A stretch of DNA of 61,963 nt. It comes from a virus (taxonomy: Duplodnaviria > Caudoviricetes). A program made the position numbers and the translations under genes. Location: positions 1-61,963 of IMG/VR virus record IMGVR_UViG_3300018080_000189. One strand, given 5' to 3'. This document shows, in pieces, positions 1-6,971 of this stretch. Numbering within the stretch: the stretch's first letter is position 1; every line of letters begins with the position of its first letter. The notes under the pieces are model-generated. The model was not told where the DNA came from. It made no database searches and was given only the letters and a program-made list of their open reading frames with translations.

Positions 1-103
1 CGATCCGCGCCTGTGACGTTAATTGACAGGACCCGTGAGGGGATACTATACATGTGTGGGGGCCTGCTCAGTGTATGGGGGATCACACAGTGGTGGGGGA
101 TGG

Positions 104-182
104 TGTATAGATATCTGCACAGTGTATGATGATATGCACACTGAGTAGTGGCTCGTACATTGTATAGATATCTGCACAGTGT
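104..182. repeat. 22-bp direct repeat TGTATAGATATCTGCACAGTGT (104-125, 161-182)
   Basis: Exact match read from the sequence. Confidence 0.9.
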
Positions 183-300
183 GTGGGATTATCTTACACT
201 ATGTGGTTTAGTTATATACTCTTTACAATGTGATAATAGTCTATATGTATATAATAGGATATACTATCATACCTGTCAATTCTTGTCAAAATTGAATGTA

Positions 301-435
301 AATTGTCACATACGAATAGTTAATAATATCAATCACTTATCCAATAGTGCGTGACAATTATTGGCATTGTTCAATATTTGCACTGGTGTAAGTGATTGAT
401 TTTATTGAATGGCGATAGTTGGCATGAGATATGCT
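301..435 (+). promoter_or_regulatory. Candidate sigma54 promoter with two IHF sites and an upstream inverted repeat
   Basis: TTGGCATGAGATATGCT (419-435) fits GG-N10-GC; WATCAAN4TTR matches at 327-339 (+) and 389-401 (-); AATTGTCAC/GTGACAATT inverted repeat at 301-309/351-359; first ORF with GGAGG RBS starts at 480. Confidence 0.6.
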
Positions 436-479
436 GTTATATATTAGCATACGTCAACAATAAAACGGAGGGTAATACC

Positions 480-599
480 ATGATAGCAGATATGATCATC
501 CAAATATACAGCGGGTTATATATTATTGGTTTCTTTTCGCTAGCACTCCCTATGGCGTTTATGCTTAGAAAAGCTATTATTAACTTCTTAGAACTATAA
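480..599 (+). CDS. Small hydrophobic protein (39 aa)
   Basis: GGAGG RBS, ATG at 480, one TM-like stretch. Confidence 0.6.
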   Translation: MIADMIIQIYSGLYIIGFFSLALPMAFMLRKAIINFLEL

Positions 600-912
600 T
601 AGAGAGGGGTATACAATGAATATTGACAAATTGTATAGAAAATATATAAAAGCTGAAAAAACTTGCTGTAATATCAATAGTTATGAGAGATATACACATA
701 TAAAGAATATGTTTAAAGAAGAGCTATTAAAGTCAAAAGCTGTTGATTTAGTTGGTATACCCTTTGAAGTAATTAAAGAAGTTATTAATTAACTTATTTG
801 AATAAGGGGTATTGTATCATGTTTATTGGTTTCTTTTCGCTAGCACTCTTATGCTTAGAAAGGCGGTCATCAATTTCTTAGAACTATAATAGGAAGGGGT
901 ATACAATGAATA
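524..912 (+). repeat. ~95-bp imperfect direct repeat (about 524-621 and 825-911) covering a gene end, TATAAT, RBS and ATGAATA
   Basis: TATTGGTTTCTTTTCGCTAGCACTC...TTCTTAGAACTATAATAG..AGGGGTATACAATGAATA occurs twice; the second copy has a 10-bp deletion. Confidence 0.85.
616..792 (+). CDS. Hypothetical protein (58 aa)
   Basis: AGGGGT RBS + ATG; MNIDKLYRKY... translated by hand. Confidence 0.6.
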   Translation: MNIDKLYRKYIKAEKTCCNINSYERYTHIKNMFKEELLKSKAVDLVGIPFEVIKEVIN

Positions 913-1097
913 AAAAATACAGGTTCGATAATTGCTACGAACTAGTATACAAGTATAGCGAAGCTAATAAATGTTATTACTGCATTGGATCGTATTATAT
1001 GTATGATATAACTAAAGACATGGGCTATAAACGAGCTGTACGTAGAGTAAATGAGTATAGCACACTGCATGAGGGGAGTATATACAATGGAATATAA
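906..1097 (+). CDS. Hypothetical early protein
   Basis: ORF with RBS. Confidence 0.6.
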   Translation: MNKKYRFDNCYELVYKYSEANKCYYCIGSYYMYDITKDMGYKRAVRRVNEYSTLHEGSIYNGI

Positions 1098-1317
1098 GAA
1101 AATAATAAACCTAGCCCAACAAGAAAAGCTATATGACTTAGTAGTATATACTTATATAGATATATTAGAGTGTGACACGCTGACTAGCGCAACAATACGT
1201 AATAGAGTAGTAGGTATGGTGGACGGTTTATTTTATACGAATTTAATTGATAGTAATACGCGGGGGCTTATACTTAGTGAAGCTCTGAAACGATTAGAAA
1301 ATAAGGAGGGGTTTTAA
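1087..1317 (+). CDS. Hypothetical early protein
   Basis: ORF; GAGGGGAG RBS favours the MEYKK start. Confidence 0.6.
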   Translation: MEYKKIINLAQQEKLYDLVVYTYIDILECDTLTSATIRNRVVGMVDGLFYTNLIDSNTRGLILSEALKRLENKEGF

Positions 1318-1319
1318 TC

Positions 1320-1712
1320 ATGTATGAATTAGCATATAAAATAACATACAAACATGAATCATTGTCAGCTGTAAATAAGTATAGCTTAAACTATTCTATC
1401 AATATACAGACCGATAAAATACCTAAAACACTAGGTATATTTTGCTTCGATACTATCTATAATGTAATACTATTTTTAGGCAAGTGTGGTATAGATAACA
1501 ATTATAACGTATATGAAGTAAAGGGTATTGATAGGCAATATATACAAGAAAGTCTTAGAATAGTGAGCGTTACATCGGAGCAAGTAATTGATAGGTATTA
1601 TCACGGCGATAAACAAGGCGATATTAAATTACCAATCGGCACAATATTATATAATTCAATTATACCCATAAGACTAGTAAATAAATGGGTATACACTAAA
1701 GGAGGGTTTTAA
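1320..1712 (+). CDS. Hypothetical early protein
   Basis: AAGGAGG RBS, 130 aa. Confidence 0.7.
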   Translation: MYELAYKITYKHESLSAVNKYSLNYSINIQTDKIPKTLGIFCFDTIYNVILFLGKCGIDNNYNVYEVKGIDRQYIQESLRIVSVTSEQVIDRYYHGDKQGDIKLPIGTILYNSIIPIRLVNKWVYTKGGF

Positions 1713-1882
1713 TTATGTTTACAAAATGGGTAAAAATAAAAGTATACGGCATTACAGGCAAATCATTCATCATGTATGATGAATTATCTCAATATGATGG
1801 TTGGTTTGATTATTGTTGTTTTGAATTGTCCAATGGTCACATTGGCGGTTTTTCAGTAACCATTACAGAGGAGGGACGATAA

Positions 1883-1960
1883 ATGACTATACACATAGTA
1901 CTATCACTAACTTATCTAATTGGTTTATTTATTCTCGGCATTATTAGACGGAGGTACTAA
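1883..1960 (+). CDS. Hydrophobic micropeptide (25 aa)
   Basis: GAGGAGG RBS; MTIHIVLSLTYLIGLFILGIIRRRY. Confidence 0.5.
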   Translation: MTIHIVLSLTYLIGLFILGIIRRRY

Positions 1961-1963
1961 ACT

Positions 1964-2212
1964 ATGACTAAATATATTGATATAATATTCTTGCAATATT
2001 ATGACGATTCTACACCATTTGACTTGCTCAAGACCAAAAGCGAATCGGCCGCGCTACAATACCTTACTCAATGGGATTACGGCGAAGGCGCCGAGATAAG
2101 AAACGAACCCCCGGCGGGTAAGTCTGATACGGTATATAAGGAAGGTGACTATATTATGAACTATAACTTGTCTCTAGGATATATTGGTCTAGTGCGAGTT
2201 ATACACGAATAG
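1964..2212 (+). CDS. Hypothetical early protein
   Basis: GGAGG RBS, 82 aa. Confidence 0.7.
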   Translation: MTKYIDIIFLQYYDDSTPFDLLKTKSESAALQYLTQWDYGEGAEIRNEPPAGKSDTVYKEGDYIMNYNLSLGYIGLVRVIHE

Positions 2213-2226
2213 AAAGGGGGTAACCA

Positions 2227-2343
2227 ATGGCATACTATAATATCAGTTTAGCACTAGTTGGATTGAAAGTCTTATGTATAGTGTATGGTGTATTATCAAC
2301 TATCAGTATTATTATGCTGTATTACTTTAATAGAAAGGGGTAA
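2227..2343 (+). CDS. Hydrophobic micropeptide (38 aa)
   Basis: AGGGGGT RBS; MAYYNISLALVGLKVLCIVYGVLSTISIIMLYYFNRKG. Confidence 0.5.
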   Translation: MAYYNISLALVGLKVLCIVYGVLSTISIIMLYYFNRKG

Positions 2344-2536
2344 ATAAATCATGTATACAGATATTGAAATTAGACAGCTTATAAATAAAGGCCACGTATT
2401 GACTAGTATTGAGCGGTTTCTCAATGGATACCTAGCTATACAACATAGGCATACTATTAATTATTACGCGAAAAAATCAGATGGGTTATGGTATAATTAC
2501 AATTGTAGAACTATCTACTAGAAAGGGGTAACCACT

Positions 2537-2611
2537 ATGCTTATGTTACATGGGTTATTAGCGATTGGTATTATTAGTATTATTACCGGGATAGTTTTAT
2601 TAACATTATAA
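2537..2611 (+). CDS. Hydrophobic micropeptide (24 aa)
   Basis: AGGGGT RBS; MLMLHGLLAIGIISIITGIVLLTL. Confidence 0.5.
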   Translation: MLMLHGLLAIGIISIITGIVLLTL

Positions 2612-2627
2612 TAAAAAGGTGTAACCA

Positions 2628-3146
2628 ATGATTAAAAACTATCGTTTTGATGAAAAATTTTTCCCTATTCCAAAACAACCATATAGTACGATACGATATA
2701 TGTTTGTATTAACCGATTTATTGCATTCACGCAAGATATTATATACCCGTGGTGCTATAGATAATAATTATATTATGCCCGTAGTATTTGATAACTATAA
2801 TAACATGAAGTTATATTATGATTATTTGAATATCAATAATGAATTGACTATACATGACACACTAGTGTATGGCGTACCAAACCAATACCCGGATAACACC
2901 GATTTTGATTATATTCTATACGCGTTTCATAATGGTTCATGGTGGATGTTTAACGCAGAGTTAATAGATTCGGTATTATTCAGAATACCCGACCGCAAAC
3001 GGTCCAAAGTAAGGTATTTTTTCAATAAATTGGGTAGGGTTCATACATTGGTATTATATTATAATAATCAGATTATAGCAGTTATCGCCGGGTTATTAAC
3101 CGAGTCTGATTATATACCGGATTATCTAAAAAACAGAGGGGAATAA
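2628..3146 (+). CDS. Hypothetical early protein
   Basis: 172-aa ORF with RBS. Confidence 0.7.
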   Translation: MIKNYRFDEKFFPIPKQPYSTIRYMFVLTDLLHSRKILYTRGAIDNNYIMPVVFDNYNNMKLYYDYLNINNELTIHDTLVYGVPNQYPDNTDFDYILYAFHNGSWWMFNAELIDSVLFRIPDRKRSKVRYFFNKLGRVHTLVLYYNNQIIAVIAGLLTESDYIPDYLKNRGE

Positions 3147-3152
3147 ATTATC

Positions 3153-3434
3153 ATGATAGGCAAGAACAATACCGTAATAATAAAAGAAGATGGTTATTTA
3201 AAAGTTATATTACACTCCACCACCATATATAAAGAGCGTGACAACGTATTAATACTCAATAATGGTGGTTGGGTAACCCTAACCACTACACGACGTATGA
3301 ATCAAGTATTGAACGACTTTGGACATAGTAATTTGAGAGTATTTAGGCGTAATGGTGATATGTATTTAGAAGATAGTAATAGCGGTATAGTGAGTGAATT
3401 TAGTAGTAGTGGTAAATTAGAAATAGCATTGTAA
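3153..3434 (+). CDS. Phage hypothetical protein
   Basis: 93-aa ORF with a GGW.T.TT..RMNQ motif. Confidence 0.65.
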   Translation: MIGKNNTVIIKEDGYLKVILHSTTIYKERDNVLILNNGGWVTLTTTRRMNQVLNDFGHSNLRVFRRNGDMYLEDSNSGIVSEFSSSGKLEIAL

Positions 3435-3467
3435 CCATAATATAACAATAGAAAGGTATATAAAACA

Positions 3468-4133
3468 ATGAATGCAATAAAAAAAGAACTAGACGAGCAA
3501 GAATTTTTAGACGTGCTTAATGATACGTATGAAGATGTAACCATTTGCGGTCTTGAAATGAGTCAAGGCGATATATTAAAAGAATGTGATCCAATCGCTT
3601 TTCAATGTGCTAAAAATGATTATGAGAGCGAGTCTGATAGCGTACCGTGGGAGTGTGGCGTATGCGGTACAGAGCACGATACAGAAGAAGGCGCCGAAAA
3701 CTGTTGTAAGGTATCTCATTTACTAAATTTACTAGAGAGTGCCGGTTTCATTGGCATCGATGCAAGCATAACTGAATCACTACTCACGTATGCATTAGTC
3801 TATCGAGAATTAGACGGTCTTACTCTGTTATGTGCAAATCCAAAGTGTAAAGATGAAATAGAAGACATAGACGATATATTGTTTCAATTTGAAGTTATTA
3901 GTAAAGACGATATTCAAAACGCGATATATGAGCAATCAGAGGGATTTTTTGATTTTATCGGCACAACTAGAGCGGAATATACACTAGACTCTATACCCTT
4001 AGTTATAGCATTGTCCGATATATTACAGTATTGCTCTGGTTGGTTGATAGAATCTCTAGAATATCCGTTAAATATCGATGACGTTATTCAATCATTAAAA
4101 GCCGGAGATCCAACCAATGAGAATACTAAGTAA
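3468..4133 (+). CDS. Acidic hypothetical protein with a CxxC...CC cluster
   Basis: D/E-rich; CGVCG...ENCC. Confidence 0.7.
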   Translation: MNAIKKELDEQEFLDVLNDTYEDVTICGLEMSQGDILKECDPIAFQCAKNDYESESDSVPWECGVCGTEHDTEEGAENCCKVSHLLNLLESAGFIGIDASITESLLTYALVYRELDGLTLLCANPKCKDEIEDIDDILFQFEVISKDDIQNAIYEQSEGFFDFIGTTRAEYTLDSIPLVIALSDILQYCSGWLIESLEYPLNIDDVIQSLKAGDPTNENTK

Positions 4134-4341
4134 CCAAGATCTTATCCGAAAAGCCGAGATAGCAGAGCATTTTGGCGATTGGATAGAAGCGCTTTTCTAC
4201 TACTATGAGCTGATAAACAATACTAATAATCAAGCTCTTATACGCGCTTGCATAGAAGATATACAAGCTATACAATTAATAGTCAAGGCAATAGAAGCCG
4301 GTGACAAAATAAGAGCTAAACAAACTAATAAAGAGGAATAA
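4117..4341 (+). CDS. Hypothetical helical protein
   Basis: ORF with GGAG RBS. Confidence 0.55.
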   Translation: MRILSNQDLIRKAEIAEHFGDWIEALFYYYELINNTNNQALIRACIEDIQAIQLIVKAIEAGDKIRAKQTNKEE

Positions 4342-4347
4342 CAAACC

Positions 4348-4596
4348 ATGTATAAAGATATGAAATTAATACCGTTAACCCTAGAGCGCGCAAAAATATT
4401 ACGTCCAGGCGATATGGTCTATCAAAAATGCCAATATAACGCGGACGGTACTAACAGACGTTGGAAAGTCAACGGCAAAGTAAAGACATGGAAACGCGAT
4501 AGTACAAGGATTCGCGTACCCGTCAAGCACGGTCTATATAGCTATGATTATATAGACGAAAGCGTATTAGATAAATGTTTAGTAGAGGAGAGATAA
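4348..4596 (+). CDS. Basic phage hypothetical protein
   Basis: ORF with RBS; NADGT..RW.VNGKVKTWKR motif. Confidence 0.7.
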   Translation: MYKDMKLIPLTLERAKILRPGDMVYQKCQYNADGTNRRWKVNGKVKTWKRDSTRIRVPVKHGLYSYDYIDESVLDKCLVEER

Positions 4597-4600
4597 TACA

Positions 4601-4810
4601 ATGATAATAGATAAAAATGCCCGTCTATGCTCTAAACAAGTTCAGCGCCATATCACAAGCGCGCTTGACATAATTGATAGTGTGTCGCTCCGAGTAGCTA
4701 TAGACCATAACCCGATTGAACAAATTAGAATAGAGCGTGCAATCCACCATTTAAAACAAGTCGTGACTAACAAACGAACTTGTCAACTATATAACGGCGA
4801 TGTAATATAG
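4601..4810 (+). CDS. Hypothetical protein
   Basis: ORF with GAGGAG RBS. Confidence 0.55.
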   Translation: MIIDKNARLCSKQVQRHITSALDIIDSVSLRVAIDHNPIEQIRIERAIHHLKQVVTNKRTCQLYNGDVI

Positions 4811-4823
4811 TCTCTCACGTATC

Positions 4824-4870
4824 GAAAAGCGTATCATACATCTAATATGGTACGCTTTTCTGTTTTTTAT
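4824..4870 (+). terminator. Rho-independent terminator
   Basis: GAAAAGCGTATCATA...TATGGTACGCTTTTC stem followed by TGTTTTTT. Confidence 0.8.
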
Positions 4871-4906
4871 AGTCATATTTTCTCATTTTAGTTAGCTATA
4901 TACTAT

Positions 4907-5275
4907 ATGAGATCTATTCTACCATACCTTAACGACTTAGAGTCTATACCAAGAATGCCACAAAAAGAGCTACTACACACTATAGAACTATACAGATTGA
5001 CGCGCTCTGAATCGGCGCGTAATGTCATTATAGAGCAATACCTGCCATTAATCCCTCAATTACTATTAAGGTATAAAGGTCAAGGTATACCCCTACCTGA
5101 TCTCTTACAAGAAGCCAATACCAGACTTATAGAGATAGTATCCGATTTGTCCCCCCAAATTGACGATTTAAGAGCATATATAATTAAGTCGATTAACAAC
5201 AGGATACTAAACGTACTACGCGCTCAAGGCAATTACACTAAACTTCTTAGTAATATCAAGAACTTATCTCTTTAA
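4907..5275 (+). CDS. Truncated sigma70-like protein (regions 1.2-2 only)
   Basis: ARNVIIEQYLPLI..LLRYKGQGIPLPDLLQEAN..L resembles sigma region 2; no region-4 HTH. Confidence 0.65.
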   Translation: MRSILPYLNDLESIPRMPQKELLHTIELYRLTRSESARNVIIEQYLPLIPQLLLRYKGQGIPLPDLLQEANTRLIEIVSDLSPQIDDLRAYIIKSINNRILNVLRAQGNYTKLLSNIKNLSL

Positions 5276-5328
5276 GAGCGCTAAAATAGAATACTACCCG
5301 CCATATTTACCGATAAGGATAATAAGAC

Positions 5329-5404
5329 CGATTTAAGCGATATGAGCACGTCTCACAATATCAGCTGGTAGAGAGTACTAGACGTGCTCATATCGCTTAA
5401 ATCG
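5329..5404. repeat. Perfect 25-bp inverted repeat with a 26-nt loop
   Basis: CGATTTAAGCGATATGAGCACGTCT (5329-5353) / AGACGTGCTCATATCGCTTAAATCG (5380-5404). Confidence 0.95.
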
Positions 5405-5726
5405 TCACTGTATAGAATACCTCACATTGAGCAGTCTACCATACGTATAGACTCCTGCTCAATGAGAATTTTGACTATTCCGTACTGTGGGGATTCCATA
5501 CACTGTGGGCAATCTGCACACTCTAGTAAGTGTATGGGGTCTCACACACTAATGTGCAGATGGTCACACGCCAAAAAACACGCCCCTAGTGACTCTCGGA
5601 AAATTTCGGAAATTCCGTATAGGTGTCTTGGGCCTTGGAACCGTGGGCCGCCTATGACCAGGTGGGTAGTGGGAGGGGTCAAATTGAGCACCCTCCCCTA
5701 GAAATATGGGTGGTTTGAGAAATCGA

Positions 5727-5918
5727 CTATTCGGCAGGCTTGTAATGCTGACATTTGATCTTATCGCTTGGTATTTCGCCCCACCATTGGCAATTTACCC
5801 AGCCGTCAGTGTGTGTAACTGTCCTACTGCTACACGTAGAGCAATTCTCGCCCCAATCCCCAGATAGCTTAGCTACTTTAGACTCCAATACATCGAGCCT
5901 CTTTAGTATATCGTCCAT
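5727..5918 (-). CDS. Small Cys-rich protein
   Basis: CxxC...C...C pattern; AGGAG RBS. Confidence 0.6.
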   Translation of the reverse strand: MDDILKRLDVLESKVAKLSGDWGENCSTCSSRTVTHTDGWVNCQWWGEIPSDKIKCQHYKPAE

Positions 5919-5920
5919 GG

Positions 5921-6280
5921 TTATGCTCCTTGTTCTGGTGTGTACTTGATATACGCATCCCGGTCATCCTCTTTCGTACTTGCTTCCCAGACATCGTGGA
6001 TCACATCGGCACTCACACCTTTCGCTAACAACCTCTGAGCGGCTTTCTTTTTATCAAATTTCTTTGATTTCCCAGCGGATACGTACACTACTGATCCGTA
6101 GCCTTTCTCGGATGTAAAGTTTTTGAACTCCTCGTTCATTTTATCCAGCAGTATTGGTTTGGCTTCCGATTTTAGTTTATCGGCTTCGAGTTCGAGTGTT
6201 TTAGCGAGAGATAGTTTGCCCACCGCCTCCTCGATTTCACTCATTATTTTGATTGCTATTCCTGGTACGCCTCCGGCCAT
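5921..6280 (-). CDS. Hypothetical protein
   Basis: ORF with GGAGG RBS. Confidence 0.65.
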   Translation of the reverse strand: MAGGVPGIAIKIMSEIEEAVGKLSLAKTLELEADKLKSEAKPILLDKMNEEFKNFTSEKGYGSVVYVSAGKSKKFDKKKAAQRLLAKGVSADVIHDVWEASTKEDDRDAYIKYTPEQGA

Positions 6281-6282
6281 GG

Positions 6283-6465
6283 TTATTGATCCTCCTTTGT
6301 TTTGTTTGTATTAGGGCAATCCTCCAATGGACAATCCTCTTCATCACAATGCCTATCTAGTAGTCGGCAGATATTCCGAGGAGGGCTAGTGAATGCTTTC
6401 ACAAACCCGTCTTCGAGATGAGGACAGTCGTAGGGGTTGTCGATCACTACTATTTTAGGTTTCAT
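6283..6465 (-). CDS. Small Cys-rich protein
   Basis: CP...C...C...CPL pattern. Confidence 0.55.
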   Translation of the reverse strand: MKPKIVVIDNPYDCPHLEDGFVKAFTSPPRNICRLLDRHCDEEDCPLEDCPNTNKTKEDQ

Positions 6466-6468
6466 TAA

Positions 6469-6732
6469 CTAATACCCTCCAGGTATTTTGAATTCCGCGT
6501 TCATTACTACAAACCCACACTCCTCTTTGTAGTCTATAGCCGCCTTTACATTATAGAACCTCATATCGCTCAACTCTCCGTTAACTAGGTTGAACCACGA
6601 GTACAATAGTGGTTTGTTTTCTACATACGGGTGTGCTGGGACTAATATCCCTACTTGGTGATCTGATTCCCGTTTTGCTACTAGTGGTTTGTCATAATCC
6701 AGTTGTTTTCCTTTTTTGTTATACCATTTCAT
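6469..6732 (-). CDS. Hypothetical protein, paralogue of 6732-6971
   Basis: MKWYNKKGKQLDYDKPLVA vs MKWYNKKEKQLNYDKPIVA. Confidence 0.75.
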   Translation of the reverse strand: MKWYNKKGKQLDYDKPLVAKRESDHQVGILVPAHPYVENKPLLYSWFNLVNGELSDMRFYNVKAAIDYKEECGFVVMNAEFKIPGGY

Positions 6733-6971
6733 TACTCTACCCCCTCCGGTAATACTAGGTCTGCGTTCACTATATTATAAGAATTTAAATACACGATTGC
6801 ATCCAACACAGTATCGAACACTTTAAATATTGTGTATCTACCTTCTGTAAGATTATACCATTGAAATTTCGTATCAGTCCAAGGTAGTAGTATTTGCATT
6901 GAGGTAGTGTTTAACGCCACTATTGGTTTGTCATAATTCAGTTGTTTTTCTTTTTTGTTATACCATTTCAT
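6732..6971 (-). CDS. Hypothetical protein, paralogue of 6469-6732
   Basis: Shared N-terminus and W.NL..G motif. Confidence 0.75.
   Translation of the reverse strand: MKWYNKKEKQLNYDKPIVALNTTSMQILLPWTDTKFQWYNLTEGRYTIFKVFDTVLDAIVYLNSYNIVNADLVLPEGVE

Noticed and set aside
148-354. 68-aa ORF at the window start
   Set aside because: Overlaps direct repeats and the promoter-upstream elements; no RBS.
5384-5701. 105-aa plus-strand ORF
   Set aside because: Starts inside the inverted repeat, has no RBS and crosses repeat-like non-coding sequence.
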